A stretch of 64,000 nucleotides of DNA, taken from Tubulanus polymorphus (taxonomy: Eukaryota; Animalia; Nemertea). Of the stretch, positions 1 to 13,700 are shown in pieces (position 1 is the stretch's first letter; each line of letters starts with the position of its first letter). The stretch covers positions 10,687,950 to 10,751,949 of the forward strand of contig NC_134026.1 in the NCBI RefSeq assembly GCF_964204645.1. Direction: 5' to 3'. Below the pieces are notes generated by a model. It was given only the letters and a program-made list of their open reading frames with translations. It was not told the origin of the DNA and ran no database searches. Position numbers and translations under genes: made by a program.

Positions 1-459
1 TCTTTTGAGGGACCTGTTTTATATGAACTACCTCTTAGTTTCTACAGACCCCTCCTAGTCTAATAAAATAAAGCGTTCATTCATTCACTCGATAATCTAA
101 TTTGAATGAAAATTTTGTTTTTATCAATATTTTATATATGTTAGTGTTCAATAATTGACTTGTTTTCATAATCTAAATGTTGATCTGTTTACTGAAATTT
201 TCAGTTAGGTCAAATAATCAAATTTTAAGTTTAATTTCATTTTAATTTTTTATATTAAGCTAAAGTTCGAAATTGTGTTTTTACGTCCTTTTCAAATTTA
301 TTTACTTACAGTTCGATACTCTTCTAAATGTATTTGATTTATAATCTCTGATGACTCAGTTCTCCATTTGTGTGTCAATCGAGTTATATTTATATACATG
401 CCTATCAGTTGACATTTTGACACTCTATATATAATCCATAAAAACGATGGAAATTTCAG

Positions 460-570
460 GTGAAGATTCCGGGCGTGTCGTCATCTGGAACATGGGGCCT
501 GTTAAAAGTGAGAAAGAGGAACGGAATGAAAAGATCCCTAAACTTCTGTGCCAAATGAATAATCATTTAG
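460..570 (+). CDS. HIRA: HIRA exon (GEDSGRVVIWNMGPV...KLLCQMNNHL)
   Basis: tttcag|...|gtaggc; WD40 region. Confidence 0.93.
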
Positions 571-1034
571 GTAGGCTTTTATGATTTATTCCTTACAAAG
601 TTGCCACTTCTCTGGAATACCGGAACTTTTTAGTAGCTAATTTGGGAATCCTATTATCTGTGTATTGAGGAAAATTTGAGCTGCTATCAAAATAAACTCA
701 TAAATAAGCACAGTGCCTTTGTTGTTTGCCATTCTCTTGTAACCCGCTGGTTGTTGTATCGGCAGGCTGGCTGGCTGGGGAACTAGCATTTACACCAGCG
801 GTACAGGATTCCATCCATCAGGAACAACAAGGCAGTTAAACCTTATATGTACAATCTTTATTGCATCCCGGAATGAGAATGATTGTCATAGCTTTACATA
901 CAGAATCATGAGTATAATGTGAGAACTAGATGAGCACTGACTATAGCTAATTATCGTGAAAACATGTTGAGTAATGTCACATGTTGATTACGACCTTAAA
1001 GCACATATTGACACTATAGTCATAAGTTATATTA

Positions 1035-1065
<31 letters not shown>

Positions 1066-4000
1066 AGTTAGTAGAGCTATGAAATATTATGAACTGTTCG
1101 ATATGACATTGTAGATCTATATGATTATGAAATATGCAAATCATATCAGGGTGACAGATGCCCCCTTGTCCAATTAAATTTGGTCCTCCAAATTTGCGGA
1201 AAACGCAGATGGTATAAGTTCATTAAAACTCGTTCCACTGCGAGAACGTATAATGAGTTTCACTGCGCGAAAATGTGCAAACGCTGGACAGTAACATCCG
1301 GATTATTAGTCATTCACGAAAGAGTCACATGTTGTCGTTATATACGGTCAATACGATGATACGTTAACTGTAATTATCTGCAAAGGATCCCCGAATTCTG
1401 GCTGATTCTGCGACGAAGGAACAGAAGTAACGACGTGCTGTGTAGTTATAGCGACCTGAAGTCCAGTTGGTGATTGCAAGTAGTACTGAAATGCATTTCT
1501 CCGTTTTGAAGATCTTCCGATTACTGACTGGAAATAACTTCATTACACAATGATAGTAACGTGCAACATCCGACATCAGAGCAGTGGTCATGCAATGACA
1601 CAACACAAATACAGTTACCCTTGTCAACCAAAAGAAAAAAAACTGATCATTATCCAAAAAGTGGTCAGAAGTAAATAAAGAATAACCATAGTAATTGAGT
1701 AAAGATGACACCATCAGCATAATTGAACTGTATTAACACCTATCCTCGCAGTCTCAATTAATCCACGTTATATTATATCATTGATAAATTCATACCGTAC
1801 TGTACACTCATCTCAGTTAAGCCTCGTATTAGATTTACAATGACGTTATTTGCGTGTTTTCTACGAAAGATTTCATGCACTCTACTTAAAATGACTAGTA
1901 TATATTAATTGAACGTATGAACTATCCGATCTTCGAACCGTTCAGGGCGTAAATAAACTGAAAATATACGTACGAGTAATAAGCTGATCAATTCATCACT
2001 GATATCCATATGATATCCTGGAAAGCTTAGGAAAACCTACTGTAGCTACTACTGAGTTTCGAAGAAATAGATTTTAAGCGAGAAGCGTACTGACTTTGTG
2101 TGCCAGGAGGTGTTTCATACCAAGGCTGCCATGCAGGGGGAGCGAACCGCCCAAATAAAACATAGTATTCTAAGACTCCCTGGTCGTTGAAACGTGTTGA
2201 TACGGCTCGAGCGGCAGTAGGTATAATGTTTTTGAGTTCGGTTTCGGTGGGAGGCCTTTCATTTTCCAAGATGACATGATATATACCCCATACATGTTTT
2301 TGACATACATGACTTTCTCCGTAATCACTAACTTCAAACCAATCTCGTTTTGATGCCCGGTACCATGGACTGTCATGGTAATATTTGACGAATAGCACAT
2401 TATTTTGAAATTTGGTAGCAACAACCGTTTTTCCTGTAGGGCATGGACATAATGCTCGACGATTTCCCGTCCGAATAGCCTCTTCGATAGCGACATTTCT
2501 TGAATCTGAACTACTCTTAACGCTTTCCTGATTCGTATGATCTTGGTGAGTTTTCGATTGAGCTGAACAATATACACTATTTACATTCTCATTATTTGAT
2601 GAGTCTTCATTAGATATATGATTATCAAATTCCTGGAAGCAATCATAAGTAACATATACACCCTGTATTACGGTTCCATTTAATTTTCTTCTAGGCTTTT
2701 CACGTATCTCTACTTCACTATCCTGACATCTATCTCTATTTGTGATTATAATATTTGCTACGTCATTCTCGTTTTCATTTCGATCGTTTTGATGTCCCTG
2801 ATTATTATCAGAATTGTCTGTAATGCGATCAAAAAACTTACTTTTGCAAGGTTTCTTACGTTTTTTGCCTGATGCCGCATAGTTTTCGTGAATGTGTCGA
2901 ATTAGTTTATTTGGGATCCATGTTCCTAATTCCCAAGAATTTTCACGATTTAAATCTGACTTCCATTTTACGCGATATTTACATAAACCACTTTCTAGTT
3001 TGTACTGTAGAATTTTCTGAATATCTGATTCATCGAAAGTCTCAGTAACGACCGGTCTATCTTTGTTATCGTCTGCCGAAATTTGAGTGTCAGTTGGAGT
3101 ATTAGCTAGATTGCTAGGTTTAGATTTTAAGCGCCCATGATTCTCGTCGAATAATTCAGGGTTTTCCTCAGCTGTTGAACCATCCCATGCGACCTCTTCA
3201 TAATTCGGACGCGATGAAGGATCTTTGTATGCGATGGGAGTAAAACGTTATCAGAGATTCTTCGTAATTGATAAGCCCCTTTACTAGCTATTGACTGAAT
3301 GAAATAGGGACCTACGTATTTTTTACACAGTTTTGGTGATTTTCCTTTCTTAACTTTCATGACTTTTAGCCAAACGCGATCAGTAATCTGAAACTGAGGT
3401 TTTGATGCCTTTTTATCGAACTGAGTTTTATTTTGAGCTCTTTTAATATTCTCGTTAGCGATATTTCGTGATATGACCAGCTGCCTTAATATATGTGATA
3501 AGTATGCTTTATGATCAGTAGCTAACGAATGGCGTGGAATTAAAGCCGTGTCTATTGGTAGACGCATTTCCTGACCAAATAACATGTGGTAAGGGCTAAA
3601 ACCTGAACCTTCAGTTGAGGGAACATGCCTATAACTCATCATTACACTTGGCATTAGTGTATCCCAATTAGTCTGATCCTGGTTACAATACGATCTAAGC
3701 GACTGCCAAATGTAGTGGTTAGTTCTCTCGCAAACTGAGTTTGATTGAGGATGGTACGGAGCGGTGAAATGTTCACGTGAAACAATTCACAGAGAGCTCC
3801 AACTAACTTAGACATAAATGTTTTACCGCGATCAGAGACTAAAGAATGAGGCGCACCATACCGCGAAAATATCTCTTTAAAGAGAACCTTTGCTACCTCT
3901 GTTGTTTCCTGAGTTTTGAGAGGAAAAGCCTCGGGCCATTTACTCCAGCTATCTACCACGAGTAGAATATGCTTATTACCATCAGGTGTCTCCGGAAGAT

Positions 4001-7000
4001 TGCGAAGGAAGTCAATGTGCCATCTGGAGAATAAGCCTTCAATTGGTAATGGTTGTAAGGGTGTTGGATGACTATGATAATTCCGTTTGACCTGTTGGCA
4101 ATTCTCACAAGTAGAAACATATTTCCCGCAATCTTCATACATGGAATCCCAATGATATTTATTACGTAAAACACCATAAAGACGATCTCGACCCTGGTGG
4201 CAACCCCCCACTAATGAATCGTGGTAAGCTTTCAATATTTCCGACCGTAATGACCTAGGAACTTCAAGAACTGGGATGACCTTCTCGGCTTTAGGAATAC
4301 CAGTAACTCTAGGCGTATACAAATAATATAACGTGCCATCGATAATACCATATTGGTCGGCCCTCCAACTGAGCTTTCGAAACAGTTTTTCATCGTTGAC
4401 AGCATATGATGGATCTAACTTATGTTCCAACATGTGACAAACTTCAGGGCAATTCCGCTGTAAGTGAGTTATATTAGCAGGTTTAATCAGTTCAATCTCC
4501 TTATAAGTATCAGGAGTTAACTCAGCCACCACGGGGCTAGTATAATCAAACACGACTTCATAAGACTGAGAACCATTTGTCATTGCTGTGAAAACAGTTT
4601 CTTGTGAAGGATCATCAGGTCTAGGAGGAGGAGGTTTATCATAATCTCGTCTACTTAATCCGTCGCAATTGCCATTTTTCTTACCCGGTCGGTGTTCAAC
4701 AGAAAAATTATATGCTTGAAGAGCCAATTCCCAACGTCTTATACGTTTATTTAGTCGGTTTTCATGAATATACGTTAAACTTTTGCTATCAGTATACACA
4801 GTGAATTCATTTCCAATCAGGTAGGGATGAAAATTCTGAATTCCTTCAATCAAAGCTAATCCTTCCTTATCACTAATATGCCATTTCTTTTCGTTTACAC
4901 GTAACGCGCGACCACCATATCCGATATCATGTTCTAAATTATTCTTTTTCTGAGACAAAACGTAACCAATAGCATAGTCCGAAGAGTCAACCGAGAGATA
5001 GAAACGAGAATTGAAATCAGGGAATATCAAAATTGGATCACTAGTTAATTTCTGTTTAAGCGTATCAAAAGCTTTCTGACAATCAGGGGTCCATTTGAAC
5101 TTCACATCTTTACAGTTCAAAGCATTCAAGGGAGAAACTATTGATGCATAATTTTGAATGAATTTCCTGTAAAAATTTGTCAACCCTAGAAAACTTCGTA
5201 ATTGTTTGACATTGGACGGAACTGGAAAGCTGTCAACCTTTTCGATGCTCTTTTTACAAGTACGAAGACCCTCGGCTGATAACGTATAACCTAGATATCT
5301 GGGACAGCAAATTCACACTTAGTCGGTTTCGCAGTTAGACCGGCTTGTTTAAGCTTCTCAAAAACATTCGATAAATGAATTAAGTGACTGTCAAAATCTT
5401 GAGAGAATATGATGAGATCATCAATGAAACACAATACATATTGCCAATTCAAATGACCTAAACATTTTGACATAAGCATCTGAAAAGCCATAGGACCATT
5501 CTTAATTCCCATCGGCATTCTTTTGAAGCATATTTTGCCTTGTGTCGTTTGAAAAGCTGTTTTATGACGCGATTCTTCATGTAACGGTATCTGGTGAAAT
5601 CCTGAATTAAGATCTAATTTACTAAATATCATGGGTTTAGCATCGGCTATAGTGTCAAATACATCATCAAAATGAGGTAGTGGAAATGATTGTGTTACGG
5701 TCGTCGAATACAGTTGTCTAAAATCAATAGTAAACCTATACGTATTGTCTGGTTTTCTGACCAAAACCACAGGATTATTGAAAACAGAATCAGTTGGTTC
5801 AATGAGATCGGCATCTAACAGTTCGTTAACCAAGTCGTTTTCTACCTGTCTCAAGTGTGGACTTTTGCGATAAGGTCTTTGAATTATAGGGTCATCAGTT
5901 GTTTCTATCTTATGGGTAACTAATGAAGTTTTGCCGATTTCCTGTAAGTTACTAGCAAATATTGACCTATTACATCCAATTAAATACATTAATCTCTCTT
6001 TTTGTTCCAGAGTCAATCCTGAGTTTTCTGGAATTTTTATGCCTAAATTTTCCGCTTTTTTAATTTTTTTATTATAATTTCGTGGTGTATCAGTATCAAC
6101 GGAGAAAATGTTTGCACTAGTATTGTCATCTGCGAAATCGAAACAATCATCGTCAGTTACATTGTATGCAAATCCAAGCACATAATCTTTTGAAATTTGA
6201 ATTGGTTCATTAGTAGGATTCACAATAGTAGCGAAAATTTTACCGTCCGTGATTTTGCATAATGTTTTACTCCACCTAAACATTTATTCAATAACTTGTG
6301 GTTGTATGGTTCAAAAACAACCAATGAACCTTCCGCCAACGTATCGACACTTATTTGAATTATTTGTTTAGTATTTGGTGAAATAACTATCCTGTTAATC
6401 GTTTTAGCTTTATTTCTGTACAGCTCTTGTTTATTCCTAAGAATCTTTAATGGAATCGAAACATCTTTAAATTCAATTGTGCCTGATGCAAGGTCAATGT
6501 TTACATTGTTTTCCTTCAAAAAATCCAGTCCTAGAATGACATCTGTATGTAGCCTATCGAATACATAAAACTTATGTGTTAATACATGAGATTGAATGAA
6601 AATGGGTACATCAATTCTACCAATTACTGAATGTGCTTCCCCACAAACTCCTCTAATAATGTTTATATCCGAATGACTATATATGGGATTTTTGATACAT
6701 CTTTGATCTAGCAATACATGAAATTGATGCACCTGTATCGATTAATGCTCGTTGGGAGTGTTTATTAATATCAACGTTTATAACATTCCGATTCAACCCT
6801 GAAACTAAGCTTATATCAACGGCATTGATATCAGGTACCCATAATCGAGATGCTTTTTTGCAACAAACATCCTTACTACAATGTATGCGCTTCATATTTT
6901 GAAGTGTATACCACGTAAGTGTACAGAACGAAATGAAATTGATAATGAATAATGTATAGCTAGAAAAATACTTTGAATTGAACAATCAAAACTTGAGATA

Positions 7001-7692
7001 TATATCAAACTAATATATCAAACGGTAATGCTTCCTAACTCAAATAACTATAATTTCCTATACTCAAAATCTGACCACTAATTTGAGACAAAGATTCAAT
7101 CACATTACCTATGGCTGACAACAAGTTACCATAATGTGTTGTATCCACCAAAACAGCAGCGATTTCGGCGATCAGCACGGTCTTGTCACAAGTGTAGTTG
7201 AATGCGATCTTCTATTTTGTGGTATGTTCCAGTCAAATCCGTATATCAGCAGCTTCATCTGTACTTGTGTAAGTCACGAGGACTTAAATTTTGGTTCTCC
7301 ACCATCTGTAACCGGCTGGTTGTTGTATCGGCAGGCTAGCTGGCTGGGGAACTAGCATTTACACCAGCGGTACAGGATTCCATCCATCAGGAACAACAAG
7401 GCAGTTAAACCTTATATGTACAATCTTTATTGCATCCCGGAATGAGAATGATTATCATAGCTTTACATAGTCTTTATATACAGAATCATGAGTATAATGT
7501 GAGAACTAGGTGTCAGACAAGTTGTAGACATCAGGACTCACAAACAAACACCTAGTGAAATGTTTGAGAGACATTGATTAATTATCGATGAGCACTGACT
7601 ATAGCTAATTATCGTGAAAACATGTTGAGTAATGTCACATGTTGATTACGACCTTAAAGCACATATTGACACTATAGTCATAAGTTATATTA

Positions 7693-7732
<40 letters not shown>

Positions 7733-10700
7733 AGTTAGTAGAGCTATGAAATATTATGAACTGTTCGATATGACATTGTAGATCTATATGATTATGAAAT
7801 ATGCAAATTATATCAGGGTGACACTCTCCTTATTGCACATCAGTCATCAGCGTCTAGAAAAAGTCCTCCTTGTAGTTACTGAGCTGCTGACCCAGTTTTT
7901 CATAGCCTCTAAAATACTACTGCACATCCTACCACTGGATCACCAGTCAGTTGCCAGGCAAAAACCTTAAAGTTTCCCGCGTCTCTGTTTATAACGCATG
8001 TGCATTAGTATCCTAAGTGTTGGGGAAATCCTCCAGAAATTGGTCGTATGTGCATGCGTCGCTACAGGTGTATTTTTTCCTAAATTGGGTCATGTCAGCA
8101 CGCGCCGCTGGTCTTGCTGTAAGCTGAAAATCTAAGATATATATCGGTATATCAAAAAGTGTGAATATATTTTTCTGTTAAGCATTCGTGATTCGAACCT
8201 AATAGCACATACAAGTAAATCCTGGGGCTATCAAAGTTCATTATTTCATATTCGGGATGCTGTGACTTTTTTTACTCGGCAAGCAATAACCCAGCAACAC
8301 TTAGGTCATCAAAGTTCATGTCGTAACGCTTGAAATACGATCAGTAATTTTCAGGTTTCGAACCTGATAACGCCGCTTATAAGATGAAACAGCGTAAATA
8401 AGATCAATATTTTTATGGGATTCAAACCTAATGGAAACTACAGTGATTGTAGTCATTAAAGTTCACATGTAGTGCCGCATGCGTATTGTGCCGATTTCTC
8501 GACTTAAAGCAATTCCCAGCACTGACTAATGCGCATGCGTTAGCTAGAAATGGAGACTTGGGAAACGGTTTTTGAAGTCGCCAGATCAAGAGCGATCAGA
8601 AACTTCTTAGAACAGAGGTTTTAGTAGAAGTATGAATGAAAGAAAATGACAGAAATGTACAGTCTGTATTTACACATTATTATTCTAGACAACACCAATT
8701 TCAGGTAATGAACCAGTCATTATTATGCAATGTTCAGTCATCTAAGGATTTTCGTTGTTATGGAGAATTCATCAGTAGACGAGCTAAAGGACATAGTGTA
8801 GGGCTTAAGTTCTATCCATAGATCCGTAGGTCCATAAAATGTTGCTCGAAACTTTCTTTTCTACATGTATAATTTTGCTATTTTATTTTACTTTTTCACC
8901 TGTAAAGGTAGACTATTTCTTTTGAAATTCCATGAACGACTGACAAAATTATACACCATTCTTAGGATCTCTGCATATTTTGTCGCCACATTCAATTGCT
9001 AAGTTGTACAAAGCTTAGTAGCAAGTTTCGAGGTCATTGGTTTCTGTATGCGTTCACCAGGCCCAGGGGGCATTGGATTTATAAAATTTTCAGATTGTCA
9101 TTTCAGACAACTCTTCAACTGGTGTCCCTGGGCCCTTAATTTCTCATCTTTTTACTGAGGCCACGGTTTTCTCAGGTTTTAGGTAGAAACATTACTATTT
9201 GAAAGAATATGAAGGAAAGAATTTTATTCCAGGAGACTAATTGAACTTAATGTTGTGTATATAGTCTTTAGTGTAACACCCAACGTTTCCGCAGGTCTTT
9301 TGCTAAAAGTATGAAATTATTTCTAATTCCAGCTTGTGTCAATTGTGTCAGGTGGTCAAACAATGGGAAATATTTAGCATCAGGTGGCGATGATAAAATC
9401 ATAATGATCTGGCAAACTAGTAGGTAGGTAGCCAGACCAATGATTTGTGAATTAGAAAACTGTATAAACTTGTATTTTCTAGACGGTTTTCTTGGGATAT
9501 ATTGAGATTTTTATCAAAAAATGGGCATTAACGCTATGGCTGCGCGTCTTTTTCTTTATAACACTGATAGCAGGTAGGGCCACTATGTTTGGAGAAGTAG
9601 ATTGAAATATTTTAAGCCCGCCTGGGTCCGTCTGTAGATAGAAATCAGTTTAGATATTAAAATTTTTGTTTAAGTGAGAAATTTTCACCACGATATGACC
9701 TATTTACACAACGATATATCATATCCACCAAAGATACATCTGCACATCAAGGTTTGAATCATTTGGATTCAAGATAGTGGACCGGCTACCATTTCTTAGT
9801 TAATCGTTAAAACTGGCACTTTTTGAACATCTTATATATGATAATCTTATATAATCAACTTATATGATAATACCGAATTGTTGTACCGACTGCTCCATCG
9901 TTACTGGATGTATCGCCTTGAAAATTAGCCCGGTGGTAGATCTCGACGTTGTTTGGGTATGGTTTTCATTGGAAATGTATTCTGGAATTTATGTAGGCGT
10001 CATTTACCAAATTTGTATAATTTTCAGTTCTGTTCATAGAGGGCGCATGGGTCCGCTGGCACAGCCACCACCTAGAGACAGCCACTGTTGTCTGTTAATA
10101 CTCTATGAGTTACTGCTGCCTTTTTGACCTGGCTGCCGGGTCACAAAACAGTTTTAGCCCACTTGGGACTTTAGTCCCAGCGGTCTATTGCATTCACTTT
10201 TTGTCCGTTTGTCCGTCCACCCATCCGTCCATAGACGGAATCCAGTTATTTTGGGAAGTTTTTAAGACACTTCAATGTAATGTCTTGATATTTGGGTTAC
10301 ATATGTACCTACCCTAGACACATCTTCAACCCAAAAACTGGCCCTGTCAGAATCAAGATGGCCGACTGGCAGCCATTGTTGTTCGCCAAAATCAGCACTT
10401 TTTACACATTTTTCGAACTTCTTGAAGGAAATTTTTAAGAGACTTTGATCAATTACCTTGATCTTTGGTACATATTTGAATCCTCCAAGGGTCTGTCAGC
10501 ATAAGAAATATTTGGTCGATCAGACTCAAGATGGCTGTCCTATCCTCAGTCAATTATGTCGCAATTGGCGGCCATCTTGGTGTCATCAGTACTCATTCAT
10601 AGGTGGAAAAAAGTTATTCCACATCATATTGATTCCTAAGCATATTTTGTTACCACAATACATTGGAAAGTACTAGCTCATAATGTGTTCTATGATTTTG

Positions 10701-13700
10701 GTGAGTTTCAATGTCATTGCTTTTTGTATATGGCCACCAGGGGGTGTTGAATAATAACTTAGTATTTCTATATTGTATTCGTACTTAGACATATTTTTTT
10801 ACCACGATCAATTGCAAAGTTGTAGCTCATGACGTGTTCTATGATTGTGGTGAGTTTCAAGGTCATTGGGTTTTGCATATGGTCACCAGGGGGCGTTGAA
10901 TAGTAGAATAACTTAGTATTTCCATATTAAATTGGTAAGGAGGCATATTTTGTTATCACAGTCGATTGCAAAATAGTAGCTGCTGACATGTTCTATGATT
11001 GTGGTGAGTTTCAAGGCCATTGGTTTTTGTATATGGTCACCAGGGTGCATTGAATATTAAAATTGATCGATTGTTGAGTATTTGAAACCACTTCCCAAGT
11101 GGGCATGGCATCTCCGGACTCCTAGTTCAAATGTAACAGACGTGGTAAATAAAAAAGCAATTAACCCACTGAACTATTGCCTACGAGACACTGCTGCCGG
11201 TTCATAGAAATACGCTCACTTACTTAAGTCTAAAGCGTTAGCGTGTGTGACTAAACATTTTTGTTTTTTATCTGTTACCTACTGCACCCATGTAAAATTC
11301 ATACATTTTGAAATACCCGTACTTTATATCTGTTTCTATCTATAATTCTGTTACCTTGGGCCTCTACAGGAAGAAGACATTTTCGATATGTAAGGCACCC
11401 CAGGGGGTTGATCTGCTACATGCGACCCCTTAAAAATCTCAAGTGCCCTTTTCAAAAAAGAATCTCATAAAAATACTGTCCGGTCCGCTACAGCGCCAGC
11501 AAAATCTGACTTCCAGACCTATGTCTGAGGTGAATGCCCTGTAATGAATTAGAAAAAAGGGCACATATTGAATCAATTGCGAAAAAGGGCACGTTTGTTA
11601 AAAGGGGCACATTGAATTGTGAAAAAGGGCACGTTAATTTGCCAAAAATTCAGAAAAGGGGTCCAAAAATAGTTTGAAAAATCCTGTTAAGGGCAGAATT
11701 AATCTCCAAAAAGAGGGCGCATTCAATCATATTACTGAAGTGCTCTAAAGGGCAAAGCTCAATGACCATCACATATTCTAAAAAGGGCATGTTCAAATTG
11801 CAAAAAATCCTATGAGGCACATTATTGCCAAAAAGGGCACGTTGAATTACCAAACTTACGGAAAAGCGTTCCAGAAATACTTGGCTCAAAAACATTACTC
11901 GATAACTATCACTTTCTGAAAATGTTCAAATTCGGACACATTCACATTGCAACAGGCCTAAATACTAAAAGTGGTATGTTATTGCCTAAAATTCAGACAA
12001 GGGTATTTTTTGCTATTTTTTGCTATTTTAAATGCCTCTGATAGGGCTTCGAAAAATTCCTTGGGGGACCTATAAACCCCCTTGGTGGCTTTGCACCTTC
12101 GGTGCTCACCTCGTCGTTATACGAATCCGGACAGTTGCTCTGTTGAATGAGTGCTACTCCTTAAATTTGGGCCTGGATCCGCCCCTAGACCCAGTATCCA
12201 CAGGCACAGGTCAAGTCAATCCCGAGATCCCATATGGTCTCTAGGGGCACAAGTGATCACACCACTTAATAGGCCACTTTAAAATACTTTGACTCAATTC
12301 ACGTGCAATGAATTGAAAAGTCTACATTTAAAGATCATCGGTTGTTTCCACGGGTCGGGCTTTCCACCAGTAAGCAGTTAATTCAAAGGCGATTTCCTCG
12401 ATGACATCAGATAAATTGATAACATGACAACTAGTTCAAATTCCATATGCTGGTACGTGATAGTACGTTGTCATATCCAAGTATGTCGTTGAAAAAATCA
12501 TAGCCTGCTTCATCGCAAATTTCATATATTTCGTACGTTGTCATATTAAACTATATCGTTGATGTAGCGCACTGATTTTTTTTCATCATATACCATGTGA
12601 TAAAACCCGATGACCCTTAAGTGCGCAAAGCCATAGGTACTTTCCTATATATTGTACACATATACTATTGAAATAGAGGATATATCGGTTCAGCTGCATA
12701 TCATGGTCTGATATAAAATTTACCCGTTACTTGTACTTGTTATTTTGCGATTAGAATTTGTTTGTTCTTCATTCTCTCCATCTGTTCCAGTTCCATAGTT
12801 GTAAGTTAAAAATTGGGAATCAAATCTTCCCTCAGAAGCATGGATCATGTGTGTTGACACTGAATATGAATTTTGCATTATGATTATTTGTAGGTACACA
12901 GGTTCATCGACAGTTTTTGGTTCTAGTGGAAAACTGGTGAATGTTGAAACGTGGAGATGCAATAACACACTTCGTGGTCATACCGGAGGTAAGCCTACAT
13001 TTTTTCTTGTTCATGTACAGTAGAACCCTTTGAAGTTGCGTTGAGCTTACCGGCCAAGTCATATTTAGAAATAATTTTCTGAACTATTGGGTTTGCCCCT
13101 TTTCACTTTCAACTTTTCGCTCAAGCAGTGAAAAATCCAGCTATGACAAACAAATGGTGCTGTCATCTACTAACAAACTTAAAACAAACTAATTTGCTCT
13201 GAACAGCTAGCTCATGGCTTTGATGGATGGAAATGACAGTAGAAATATCCCTGGATCATTTGACCATAAAATGGTGACTAGAATTTTTGGTAGGGTAAAC
13301 AAGCTTCGACGGGTGTTTGTATGGAAATGGCTAAAAATTGCTCACTGAAAAGGCATGGGTATAGCTCAGCTTACAAACCCTAGCCTTTATTCGGCTTTTT
13401 TCATATTTCAGATATCTTAGATCTGGCCTGGTCGCCTAATGACGTATGGTTAGCGTCCTGTAGCGTCGATAATACTGTGATAATCTGGAATGCGTTGAAG
13501 TTCCCCGAACAGATCCGCAGTCTACGTGGTCACACCGGGCTCGTAAAAGGTGTTACCTGGGATCCTGTTGGCACGTATCTCGCCACACAATCTGACGATA
13601 AAAGCTTGAGAATATGGAGAACGATGGACTGGCAGCAAGAGACTAAAGTTACTAAACCATTCGATGAGGTTTGTATAAGGAACAGAATTCTTCACATATT

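Larger units (their letters stand above)
738..7823 (-). mobile_element. Gypsy/Ty3 LTR retrotransposon, degenerate, antisense in a HIRA intron
   Basis: TG..CA LTRs at 738..1156 and 7307..7823, 4-bp TSD CTCT (734-737 and 7824-7827), PR-RT-RNaseH-IN order on the - strand. Confidence 0.96.

Noticed and set aside
1364-1720. ORF between pol and the 3' LTR as a possible env
   Set aside because: Only 118 aa, with no recognisable fusion-protein features.
7900-8635. Possible MITE with degenerate inverted ends
   Set aside because: Inner inverted similarity is visible, but termini and TSD could not be fixed.
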